Source: Thermoplasmata archaeon
GTDB lineage: Archaea > Thermoplasmatota > Thermoplasmata > Lutacidiplasmatales > UBA184
Reading direction: 5' to 3'
DNA: 64,000 nt
Assembly: GCA_028864975.1 (NCBI GenBank)
Contig: JAGWLG010000003.1
Coordinates: forward strand, 64,001-128,000
Under the pieces are notes generated by a model, which searched no databases, was not told the DNA's origin, and saw only the letters and a list, made by a program, of their open reading frames with translations. Both the position numbers and the translations under genes were made by a program. Shown here piece after piece: positions 26,656 through 35,298 of the stretch. Positions within the stretch are counted from its first letter, which is position 1. Each line of letters opens with the position of its first letter.

Positions 26656-26758
26656 TGGACTGGGCGAGATGCTCAGGAGGGAGGGGGGTCCTCTCCTCCG
26701 TTTGAACTCGCGGCCTCTACCTTGCCAAGGTAGCGATCTTCCACTGATCTACCAGCCC
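26656..26758 (-). tRNA. tRNA-Ala (anticodon GGC) with a 31-nt intron at position 59/60
   Basis: Acceptor GGGCTGG/CCAGTCC with G3:U70, anticodon arm CTACC-TT-GGC-AA-GGTAG, T stem GCGAG/CTCGC; T loop TTCAAA|T split by intron 26670-26700; upstream TATA-like TATAAC at 26791-26796. Confidence 0.93.
26670..26700 (-). other. tRNA intron forming a strict bulge-helix-bulge
   Basis: CGGAGGAGAGGACCCCCCTCCCTCCTGAGCA: central helix TTCA/TGAG, bulges AA|C and CA|T, flanked by the T stem and intron helix GGAG/CTCC. Confidence 0.88.
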
Positions 26759-26826
26759 GTCTCCCCGCCGAGAGCGCGCAGACCACGGGAGTTATACCCT
26801 TTCGCTGGACTCCTCCCTCGACCTCC

Positions 26827-27792
26827 GTGCAGCTCCTCGTTTACGACGACCTCAAGCCGGAGATGGAGGCGAGCCGGGCGGCGACCCACCTCGGAGCCTT
26901 CGGCGGCTTCCTCTCGCCCTCCGAGGTCGCCATCTGGAGGAGGCTTGGGTCCTTCTCTGACTACGTCGGGGTCTTTGCGGTCGAAGCAGGGCAGGTCCTT
27001 GGCCACGCGTACGCGTTGAGGCTTCCCTACACGTACCCGGACGGCCGCGTCGAACGCGTGAGCGGGGTCGCGGGGGTGGGCTCACGACCGGACCATCGTG
27101 GGCGAGGCCTCGCGCGTCGGATGCTCGAAGAGATCCATCGAAGGGAGAGGAAGGAAGGGATCGACCACATCGCGCTCTGGACGAACCGTTCCTGGGGGGC
27201 CCACGGCATCTACGAGAGGTTGGGCTACCAGGACGTGTATGGGATCCCGCTCGCGGTCCGCGCGGTGCCGCGGACCATGCGGCCCGCCTCCAACACGGTC
27301 CGCGTTCGACACGGAAGGGTGACCGACCTACCCCGGCTCGAGGAGGTCCACGTTCGGGCGACCCGAGGGAGGATCGGGTTCACCCCCCGCCTTCCCCGGA
27401 GCCTCGTTGCCGAGCACAAGGCCCGCGCCCTCGACCCACCGAAGGACCTGCTCGTCGCCACCGACGGCGGTCGCCCGGTGGGGTATGCCCGGGTCGAGGA
27501 AGATCCCTCGCGCGTGCGATGTCCCGAGCTCCTTACCGAAGGGCCAGGGGCCGCCCTTGCCCTCATCGAAGCCATGGAACGACGTGGGCGCGGAAGGATG
27601 TGCACATGGTGCCTCTCGGCCGTTGCGGACCAGGGAGCGGAGCTCCGCCGGCGAGGGTACCTGTTCGTCCCCACCGGGTGGTACGGGATGATGGCGTGCC
27701 GGTTGCGCGGAGAAGCGAACGCTTCCCAGGTCCGGGCGGAGCTGGGGGTGGACCAGCCGCGGTGGGTCGTCCACCGCGGGGACCAGTTCTGA
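26827..27792 (+). CDS. GNAT family N-acetyltransferase (Eis-like, two GNAT domains)
   Basis: VSGVAGVGSRPDHRGRGLARRML...LWT......AHGIYERLGY. Confidence 0.85.
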   Translation: MQLLVYDDLKPEMEASRAATHLGAFGGFLSPSEVAIWRRLGSFSDYVGVFAVEAGQVLGHAYALRLPYTYPDGRVERVSGVAGVGSRPDHRGRGLARRMLEEIHRRERKEGIDHIALWTNRSWGAHGIYERLGYQDVYGIPLAVRAVPRTMRPASNTVRVRHGRVTDLPRLEEVHVRATRGRIGFTPRLPRSLVAEHKARALDPPKDLLVATDGGRPVGYARVEEDPSRVRCPELLTEGPGAALALIEAMERRGRGRMCTWCLSAVADQGAELRRRGYLFVPTGWYGMMACRLRGEANASQVRAELGVDQPRWVVHRGDQF

Positions 27793-28306
27793 GCTCTCCG
27801 AGGTCCGTCGCGACGAAGGGGGGAGGTGGTCGCACCCAGGTCGTCCCGAACCGGTCGGGGTGTTGGATGCGCATGCATCCGTGCTATGCCGTATCATGCG
27901 CTGCAAGTTCTGGTCCGTGAACCTGCCGCCCCGTTGAAGTAGCCGCTTCGCCGAATCCTTCGTTCGAGGGGGATGACGGCCACGATCGTCTGGGGAACGA
28001 ACCTCGGGTTGTTCCTTGGACACGTGAGGAGGGGGATCGATCTACGGCCGAACAAGGCTCGAGCGTTGGCGCTCGACACGTCGCCCCCTGGACCCCCTTT
28101 TGGTGTGCTCCCCCCGGACAGCCTGGGCGAGGTGGATCGACCACGGAGAGCCCCGTGCGGACGCTGGCATCCCCCTCAAGAGCCGGCATCCCCTCCGGAT
28201 GCCGCTCGGGGCCCGTGATGGTCGGCCCAGGCTGTCCCCGAGTTGGCGGGCCGTAGCTCCGGTCCTCCTCGCCAAGTCCCATATACCCCAGCCTGGTCGG
28301 CGCTCC

Positions 28307-28663
28307 GTGGCCGAGAACGAGCGTCGCGACGACCCGGTCGACCTGCTCCTCCGAGGGTCGAGGGAACTGCTCCATCCCGAGGCGCTGGTCGCCGAAGCGA
28401 CCAAGGACCTGGTGAAGGAGGAGATCCGCCACCTGCTCGAGCGCAAGCTCAAGGAGAACCCGGAGCTCGCGAAGGAGCTGCGCGACGCCGTCCACGACCT
28501 CCTCGAGGCGCGGGCGAGGGAGTACGCGGCGCTGCTCCGGGTGACGGCCGCCTCGGCGCGGCTCGGTTTCGCGGCGGCCCCGGATTCGGTCAAGGGGGTC
28601 CTGGCCCGCGACGTCGCGTCCCTCCTGACGCGGGAGCTCGGGACCCTCGTCGACAAGATCTGA
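28307..28663 (+). CDS. Conserved hypothetical helical protein upstream of PAC2
   Basis: Amphipathic helical sequence (EATKDLVKEEIRHLLERKLKENPELAKELRDAV); GTG start 28307 with ATATAC about 25 nt upstream; coding-like codon usage. Confidence 0.65.
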   Translation: MAENERRDDPVDLLLRGSRELLHPEALVAEATKDLVKEEIRHLLERKLKENPELAKELRDAVHDLLEARAREYAALLRVTAASARLGFAAAPDSVKGVLARDVASLLTRELGTLVDKI

Positions 28664-28679
28664 ACGGGGGGAGAACGGC

Positions 28680-29522
28680 ATGCCCTCCTGGCGAACCCCC
28701 ACGCCCCCCATGGCCCCGGACGAGGTCCGGATCTACGAGGTGAAGCGGACGGACCTCACCGACGCGGTGGTCATCGACGGGTTCCCCTCGGTGGGTCTGG
28801 TCTCCTCGATCGTGGCGAACTATCTCATCGATGCCCTTCACATGGAACAGATCGGGATCGTGGACTCTCCCGCGTTCCCGACCGTGTCGCTGGTGCGCGA
28901 GGGGGAGCCGCAGCACCCGGTGAGGATCTACGCGGGGCAACCCCCCGACAAGCGACCGGGGAGCGCGGCCCAGAAGGTGGTGGCGTTCATCAGCGAGTTC
29001 CAGCCGCCCGCGAACGTGGTGAACAACCTCGCGCATACGGTCCTAGATTGGGCGCAGGAGCAGCGCTGCTCGCTCCTGGTCTCCCCCGAAGGGCTGGTCA
29101 TCGAACGTGGAGAGGGGGAGGAGGCCCACGTCGGCACCGTCCCTCCCACGGTCCGCGTCTACGGGGTCGCTTCGTCGCGTCGCGCTCGGGAGCTCTTCAT
29201 CGAGCCGAACGTCGCCTCGTTCCAGGAAGGGGTCGTGACCGGGGTCGCGGGGGTCCTTCTGAACGAAGGGCGCCGACGCGGGTTCGATGTCCTCACATTC
29301 CTTGCCGAGGCCCACCCGGACTACCCGGACGCCCGGGCGGCCGCGAAGGTCATCGAGACCATCGACCACGTGCTCCTGGGGACCATCATCGACCCCGGGC
29401 CGCTCTACACCGAGGCGGAGCGCATCGAGCAGCAGCTCCTCACCATCCAGAGATCGGCGGCGGAGCGCGCAGCCTCCAAGGACCGGGCCGTCCCCACGCC
29501 CTCGATGTCGATGTACGGGTGA
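28680..29522 (+). CDS. Proteasome assembly chaperone PAC2 family protein
   Basis: VIDGFPSVGLVSSIVANYLI..L.ME.IG...S..FP.V...FLAEAHPDYPDARAAA.VI. Confidence 0.92.
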   Translation: MPSWRTPTPPMAPDEVRIYEVKRTDLTDAVVIDGFPSVGLVSSIVANYLIDALHMEQIGIVDSPAFPTVSLVREGEPQHPVRIYAGQPPDKRPGSAAQKVVAFISEFQPPANVVNNLAHTVLDWAQEQRCSLLVSPEGLVIERGEGEEAHVGTVPPTVRVYGVASSRRARELFIEPNVASFQEGVVTGVAGVLLNEGRRRGFDVLTFLAEAHPDYPDARAAAKVIETIDHVLLGTIIDPGPLYTEAERIEQQLLTIQRSAAERAASKDRAVPTPSMSMYG

Positions 29523-29607
29523 GGCCCGGGGATCCTCGGCCCCCGTGGGAGAGGGGAGCGGCGGCGCCGGGGGGGGAGGTCCCCCTGGACGATGCGAGCT
29601 TCTCAGC

Positions 29608-29994
29608 TCAGCTGTCGGGGGCAACCGGGGGCTCTTGGCTCTCGTCCCCGTCTTCCCCGTCCCCGGACCCGTCCTTCTCGGTCTCCTCGGACCCTTCCTC
29701 GTCGGGGGGCGGCGCGGCGGCCTTGCGCCGGCGGAGCAAGAAGAGCAGCAGGAGCGCGATCAAGACCACGCCCACGATCCCTCCGATGGCCGCGTACCCG
29801 AGCGGGCTCGACCAGAAGCTGGAGCTGTTGTTCTGAGGGGTGACGTACTGGCGCGGCGGAGGGATCGCGCTGGCGGGGGCGCTGCTTCCCTCGAGGATGG
29901 AGACCCCGACCAGGAGGACCATGCCGATGGCGATCAACACAGGGACGGTCTTCTGGAGAAGGCCTGACGTCCGCGCATCTGAGTTCGAGGTCAC
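29608..29994 (-). CDS. Small membrane protein (two TMs, acidic tail)
   Basis: VLIAIGMVLLVGVSIL and AAIGGIVGVVLIALLLLFLLRRRK segments. Confidence 0.6.
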   Translation of the reverse strand: MTSNSDARTSGLLQKTVPVLIAIGMVLLVGVSILEGSSAPASAIPPPRQYVTPQNNSSSFWSSPLGYAAIGGIVGVVLIALLLLFLLRRRKAAAPPPDEEGSEETEKDGSGDGEDGDESQEPPVAPDS

Positions 29995-30041
29995 TGTCTC
30001 GCCTAACGGTCAGATAGGCACTGTCGGACCCGCTATTTGAA

Positions 30042-30057
30042 CGAATTGCCCAATTCG
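30042..30057. promoter_or_regulatory. Palindrome CGAATTG-CC-CAATTCG in a divergent intergenic region
   Basis: Perfect 7-bp arms next to AT-rich TATTTGA; resembles the 26561 repeat. Confidence 0.4.
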
Positions 30058-30300
30058 CACTCGGGTTCCGGCTCCTTTTGCGCGTAAACCTGCTCGAGTA
30101 TGGCCGTTTCGAGAGATCTCAAGCGTGCCCCGGTCCCGCGTTGCGACGAACCGAGACCCATGCTGCCCCCATCGGCCCGGTGGAGGTGGAGGCCCGTCCT
30201 CCGACCGAGAGAACGGCGTCTCACGGCCACGACGGACCTCTCCCCCCGGGGCGGCGCGGCGTCGCTCAAGCTTAAGAGGTGGAAACCAAGTCGGTCGCGC

Positions 30301-31566
30301 ATGAAAGTCCTCATCACGGGGGTCGACGGGTATTCCGGATGGCCGCTTGCGCTGCACCTGCTCCAGCGGGGCCACGAGGTCGTCGGGCTCGACAACTTCG
30401 TGACGCGCCAGCGCGTGGCCGAGGTCGGGAGCTGGTCGGCCACCCCGGTCCTCGACATGCACGAGAGGATCGCGGCGCTCCAGTCGCACGGGGTCCAGGG
30501 GTTCCGGTTCTACGAGGGGGACCTGTGCGATTTCACCACGGTGAAGAAGACCCTGCACAAGGAGAAGCCCGAGGTCATCGTCCATCTCGGGGAGCAGCGC
30601 AGCGCGCCCTACTCGATGATCGACGTCCACCACGCGGTGGCGACCCAGTGCCAGAACCTCACGTCGACCCTCCATATTGTCTATGCCATGCGGGACGAGT
30701 GCCCGAAGGCCCACCTCGTAAAGATGGGCACGATGGGCGAATACGGGACGCCCAACCTCGACATCGCTGAGGGGTTCTTCGAGGTCGAGTTCCGCGGGAG
30801 GAAGGACCGTGTGCCGTTCCCCCGGCAGGCCTCGAGCTGGTACCACTGGTCGAAGGTCTTCGACACGGGGGACGTGATGCTCGCGAACAAGCTCTGGGGG
30901 CTCGCGACCACCGACGTCATGCAGGGCGTCATCTACGGGACCCGCACCCCCGAGATCACCCAGGACTGGCAGTTGACCCGCTTCGACTTCGACGAGGTCT
31001 GGGGGACCGCGCTCAACCGATTCTGCGTCCAGGCGGTCCTGGGGTTGCCGCTCACGCCCTACGGGAAGGGAGGGCAGAAGAGGGGGTTCATCGCGCTCGA
31101 GGACTCGATGCAGAGCCTGCGTCTCGCCGTCGAACACCCTGCGGACCCCGGGGAGTACCGGGTGTTCAACCAGTTCGACGAGGCCTACTCGGTGGGGGAC
31201 CTCGCGAAGCTCGTGCTGAAGGTGGGGGAGAAGCTCGGGATCAAAGGGGAGATCCACAACTCCTACAACCCCCGGGTGGAGCTCGAGGAGCACTACTACC
31301 ACCCGCTCCACGACAATCTGCTGAAGTTGGGCTACCAGCACCAGAGGACGCTGGAGGAGGCTCTCGAGTGGATGCTCTCCGACCTCCAGCGCTTCCGCGC
31401 CCGTCTCGAAGAGAAGCGTGCGGTGGTCCTGCCGCGGATGGACTTCCGCGTGGGGGACAACAAGTCGCGCCTCCACATCGAGAAGGTGGCGAAGGAGGCG
31501 GTCGCGCTGCCCAAGGCGATGCGCAAGGTGCCGAGCAGCGGCTCGGCCTCGGTCTCCGAGGGGTAG
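30301..31566 (+). CDS. sqdB: UDP-sulfoquinovose synthase (SqdB/SQD1/Agl3 family)
   Basis: GVDGYSGWP, HLGEQRSAPYSM, HLVKMGTMGEYGTPN, YHWSK..D, QG.IYG, WGTALNRFC.QA..G.PLT.YGKGGQKRG; start ATG 30301. Confidence 0.93.
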   Translation: MKVLITGVDGYSGWPLALHLLQRGHEVVGLDNFVTRQRVAEVGSWSATPVLDMHERIAALQSHGVQGFRFYEGDLCDFTTVKKTLHKEKPEVIVHLGEQRSAPYSMIDVHHAVATQCQNLTSTLHIVYAMRDECPKAHLVKMGTMGEYGTPNLDIAEGFFEVEFRGRKDRVPFPRQASSWYHWSKVFDTGDVMLANKLWGLATTDVMQGVIYGTRTPEITQDWQLTRFDFDEVWGTALNRFCVQAVLGLPLTPYGKGGQKRGFIALEDSMQSLRLAVEHPADPGEYRVFNQFDEAYSVGDLAKLVLKVGEKLGIKGEIHNSYNPRVELEEHYYHPLHDNLLKLGYQHQRTLEEALEWMLSDLQRFRARLEEKRAVVLPRMDFRVGDNKSRLHIEKVAKEAVALPKAMRKVPSSGSASVSEG

Positions 31567-31618
31567 CCTCGCGCTTCGTTCGATAAGGTCGAGAGCGAGA
31601 TCGTGAAGGGGGTCTTCC

Positions 31619-32506
31619 GTGCGAGCGGTCATCACCATGGCCGGGGAGGGGACCCGGATGCTCCCCGCGACGCGGGGACTTCGCAAGGAGATGCTGCCCC
31701 TCTTCTACCGCGGGCGACAGGGGAACCCCACGCTCGCTCCGGTCGCCCATCTCGTGGTGCGCACGCTCCACGCCGCCGGTGTGGACGACCTCACGGTCAT
31801 CGTGGGCCCTGACCAGGAGGCGGTCGTTCGGTACTTCCAACCGGACGACGCGTTCATCGCCCGGCATCTCCACCACCCCGAGCGCCTCGTGGAGACCCTC
31901 GCGCTCCACCACCTGCTCTCCGAGGTCGACTTCCATTGGGTGACCCAGAGGTCGCCGAAGGGGTTCGGCGACGCTCTCCTCAAGGCCCGCGAACGGATCG
32001 GGGATCAACCGTTCGTCCTCCACGCCGCGGACGCGGTGCTCTGGGAACCCATCCCCGGGCGGCTCATCCGCGCCATGGAGGAGCTGCGACGCCGGGAGGG
32101 AGCGAGCGTCGTCCTGCTCGTCCGCAAGGTCCCCGAGCCGCGCAACTACGGGGTCGTGGAAGGAGACCTCGCCGGGCGGATCGACGGGACCCGCTTCCTG
32201 CGCGTCACGGGGATGGAGGAGAAGCCGGAGCGGCCAAAGACGTCCTGGGCCGCGACCGCGGTCTACGCGTTCGGTTCGGGCGTGTTCGACGCTTTGGAGG
32301 CGGAGCGGCGGCGCAACCCCTCCGAGCTCGAGGTGACCTCGGCCATTGCACGGCGAATCCACGAGGGGGAGAAGGTCTTCGCGGCGATCCTTTCCCCCTC
32401 CGAGGGTCAGTGGCTCTCCGTGGGGTCGCCGGAAGGGTACTTGCGGGCGGTGAAGCGCACCTTCGCGCTCGCGAAGCGAGCGCCTTCGCGCCTGCGCCCC
32501 TCCTAG
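31619..32506 (+). CDS. Sugar-phosphate nucleotidyltransferase (GalU/RmlA-like)
   Basis: RAVITMAGEGTRMLP.T....KEMLP...Q..PKGFGDAL...YGVV...EEKP. Confidence 0.9.
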   Translation: MRAVITMAGEGTRMLPATRGLRKEMLPLFYRGRQGNPTLAPVAHLVVRTLHAAGVDDLTVIVGPDQEAVVRYFQPDDAFIARHLHHPERLVETLALHHLLSEVDFHWVTQRSPKGFGDALLKARERIGDQPFVLHAADAVLWEPIPGRLIRAMEELRRREGASVVLLVRKVPEPRNYGVVEGDLAGRIDGTRFLRVTGMEEKPERPKTSWAATAVYAFGSGVFDALEAERRRNPSELEVTSAIARRIHEGEKVFAAILSPSEGQWLSVGSPEGYLRAVKRTFALAKRAPSRLRPS

Positions 32507-32601
32507 CTGAGGGGACGTGCGCGGGGTCGTCCTCCGCGGAGCACGGATGGGGGCGGCGGCTTAATGCGGTGGCGTGAGTATTTTTTGGGGACGAGGGGGC
32601 G

Positions 32602-33360
32602 TTGGCGTCGGAGGTTCCCACCAAGAAGACGAAGGGGTCTCCGGAGGAGGGCCCTTCCCCCGCGTCGAACGACCTTGACGTCCTCGATGACCTTCTCGAC
32701 CAACTGAGCGAGGTGCCGGCCGCTCCGGCCTCGGAAGGGACCGGTAGCTCGGAGCCGACGGCCGAGGCGCCCGCCGATCCGTCCGTGGCTCCCCCGCCTT
32801 CAGAGTCCCCCGGTGCTGCTGCCGAGGCCCTGCCTCCCGCGGTCGACCCGCGGGTCGAGGAGCTGAGCCGTGCGATGGACCTCGCGCGGGCCGAGGCCAC
32901 CTCGTTGCGGGCCGCGCTCGCGTCGCAGCAGAACGTCGAGACCGAGCTCCGCAAAGAGCTCACCGAGGTCCGCTCCGCGCTGTCGCTCGCGCAGGAGAAG
33001 CTCGGAGCAGCGGCCGGGAAGTTCCTCCCTGCGGTCCCGGTCGCGTTCCTTTCAAAGGACGGGAAGAAGATCGACCGGCGGGCCTTCTATGCGCTAGGTC
33101 GGGGGGAGGCCCTCGAGCTCTTCCTCTCGGGGCTCTTCGCCGATTGGACGAGCGGGGGGCTCCGTCTCGTTCCGACCTTCGACCGCGGGACGCTCACCCT
33201 CACGCTGGAGCGCGACCCCGAGGGGAGGTTCCTCCGGCTCCTGCCTTCGGGGGTCTTCCTGGTCCGCCTGAGCGCCGAGGAGCTCGAGAGGGTGGGTGTG
33301 CTCCCCTCCCTGGTCCGCGTCCGCAAGGGCGCCGCTCCTGAAGGCGTCCCCTCGAGCTGA
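32602..33360 (+). CDS. Hypothetical protein: disordered N-terminus, coiled coil, globular C-terminus
   Basis: Coding-like ORF between co-oriented genes; heptad region VEELSRAMDLARAEATSLRAAL. Confidence 0.6.
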   Translation: MASEVPTKKTKGSPEEGPSPASNDLDVLDDLLDQLSEVPAAPASEGTGSSEPTAEAPADPSVAPPPSESPGAAAEALPPAVDPRVEELSRAMDLARAEATSLRAALASQQNVETELRKELTEVRSALSLAQEKLGAAAGKFLPAVPVAFLSKDGKKIDRRAFYALGRGEALELFLSGLFADWTSGGLRLVPTFDRGTLTLTLERDPEGRFLRLLPSGVFLVRLSAEELERVGVLPSLVRVRKGAAPEGVPSS

Positions 33361-33496
33361 GGGCGGAGGGAGCGGGGCGAATCGCGCCCGCGCCCTCCCC
33401 GGTCGGGGGGGTCTGCCCGCGAGCTGGAAAGGAATGGACCGTGGGCATCGGCGGGTCAAGTCTACCGAACGGAAGGTCGAGATGCTGGGCGGGTGA

Positions 33497-34312
33497 ATGG
33501 AGGTCCTCGTGCCTCCTTCTCCCTCTCCCTCGGGGACGTCAACGGCCCCCGCCGCGAGCGGGCCCCCCTCCGACCCGCCCGCCCTCGTTCTGCCCGGTAG
33601 CCCCATCCAACAGGTGTGGGCGGAGGCCCATCCGAAGCCCACGCTCCTCTCCGACTTCATCCTGGGTAGTCAGGACGGCATCGTCAACGTCCTGGGCATC
33701 ATCTTGGGGCTGGTCGCCGCCCACACGGCGGCGAAGATTGTGCTCATCGCGGCATTGGCCGCCCTCGGTGCCGAGTCCATCGCGATGGCGGCGGTGGCGT
33801 ACACCTCCACACGATCGCGTCGCCGGCTCTACCTCGGGGAGGTCCAGCGAGAGCTCCAGGAGATGCGGACCGTGCCCCACCTCGAACGAAAGGAGGTCGC
33901 TGATGTGCTGCAACAGTGGGGCTACGAGGGCGCCGAACTCTCCGATCTCTTGGACCGCATCTGCCGAAATCCCCGGGCCTGGCTGGACTTCATGATGGCC
34001 TTCGAGCTTAAGCTGCGACCCGTCGAGGGGGACGAGCCTCGCAAGAGCGCTTACGTCGTAGGAGCTTCGACGATCGTCGGACACCTGGTTCCGCTCACTC
34101 CCTTCTTCTTCGTCGGAAGCGACCTCCTCTTGGGGGCGGCGCTCGCGGTGGGGCTCAGCACGGTTGCGCTCTTCGGCACGGGGTGGTACGAGGCGAAGGT
34201 CTCGGTGGGTCGGTGGTGGCAGAACGGATTGCAGATGGTCCTGATCGGGCTCGGCGGAGGGGTCGCGGGTTACGCGATCGGCTACGCGATTCAAGCCGCA
34301 CCTTGGACCTGA
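33497..34312 (+). CDS. VIT1/CCC1 family Fe/Mn transporter
   Basis: SDFILGSQDGIV...AESIAMAA..Y...E..RE..E...P..E..E...GHLVPL.PFF; multiple TMs. Confidence 0.92.
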   Translation: MEVLVPPSPSPSGTSTAPAASGPPSDPPALVLPGSPIQQVWAEAHPKPTLLSDFILGSQDGIVNVLGIILGLVAAHTAAKIVLIAALAALGAESIAMAAVAYTSTRSRRRLYLGEVQRELQEMRTVPHLERKEVADVLQQWGYEGAELSDLLDRICRNPRAWLDFMMAFELKLRPVEGDEPRKSAYVVGASTIVGHLVPLTPFFFVGSDLLLGAALAVGLSTVALFGTGWYEAKVSVGRWWQNGLQMVLIGLGGGVAGYAIGYAIQAAPWT

Positions 34313-34400
34313 GCGAGGGCCCCCAGGGGCCCCCGCGGCGCCCTCGTGGGGTGCAGCAGGCCCGTGTGGTACCTTAAGTGAAGGTCGCCGTGGCCGCCTC

Positions 34401-35207
34401 GTGGTCGCCTCGGGGAAGCCGGGGGTCATCGGTGCCCGCCTCTTGGACGGGGTCGGCTGGATCCGGGGACCCGTCGCGAACTCCTACGTCCTGCGGGAAG
34501 GCGGACACACCTATCTCCTCGACGCGGGGTTCCGCGACAATGCCTCGCCCGTCCGTCTCGCCTTCCGCCGCGCGGGGGTTCCGCTCTCCGAGCTCACCGA
34601 CATCCTGCTCACGCACCAGCACCCCGACCACATGGGCGGGGCGGCGATCCTTCGATGGATGACCTCGGCCAAGGTGGCCTGCCACGAGATGGACACACCG
34701 GCGGTGGAGGGGCGCGGGCCGCGTCTCTCCCCTCTCTTGGTCCGCATCCTTTTCTCGAAGCACCCCGTCCAGGTCGACCGTGTCCTCAAGGACGGGGACC
34801 GGATCGGTCCCTTCCGCGCCGTGGGCGCCCCGGGACACACCCTGGGAAGCGTCGCGTTCTACCACGAGGAGCGGAAGATCCTCTTCAGCGGCGACGCCGC
34901 GGTCACGTCGCCTCGCGGGGTCTCTCTCGCCGCGCCCTTCTCGAACTTCGACCGCGACACCGCGATCGACTCGCTGGAGCGGCTCTCGACGCTCGAAGTG
35001 ACCTCGCTCTTCGCCGGGCACGGGCGCCCGATCGTCGCCAACGCGGGACCGCTCCTGAAGGAAGCCGCGAAGCGGGCCATGAAGCGGCCCGTCCACACCT
35101 GGTGGACCCTCGCGGGACCTGAAGGGCTTGCCGAGAGCCATCCGCGACCCGAGGACATCGTGCCCGAGCTCGTTCGCGCGGGCGACGCGCCGAGAAGCAG
35201 TTCTTAA
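34401..35207 (+). CDS. MBL-fold metallo-hydrolase
   Basis: LLDAG, THQHPDHMGG, PGHT.GS, FSGDA, AGHG motifs. Confidence 0.9.
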   Translation: MVASGKPGVIGARLLDGVGWIRGPVANSYVLREGGHTYLLDAGFRDNASPVRLAFRRAGVPLSELTDILLTHQHPDHMGGAAILRWMTSAKVACHEMDTPAVEGRGPRLSPLLVRILFSKHPVQVDRVLKDGDRIGPFRAVGAPGHTLGSVAFYHEERKILFSGDAAVTSPRGVSLAAPFSNFDRDTAIDSLERLSTLEVTSLFAGHGRPIVANAGPLLKEAAKRAMKRPVHTWWTLAGPEGLAESHPRPEDIVPELVRAGDAPRSSS

Positions 35208-35298
35208 TCCTTTCGACTCACATTCAAGAGAGGCGTGCCCTCTCGGGCCCCTTTGAAGGACCTCTCGCGCGGAGGGGGGATCGGGGGAAGGAGAGCGG

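Noticed and set aside
27800-28290. About 500-nt gap between the Eis-like GNAT and the hypothetical gene, with several short ORFs
   Set aside because: No convincing RBS, motif or RNA structure could be supported by eye; would need an Rfam or RNA-seq check.
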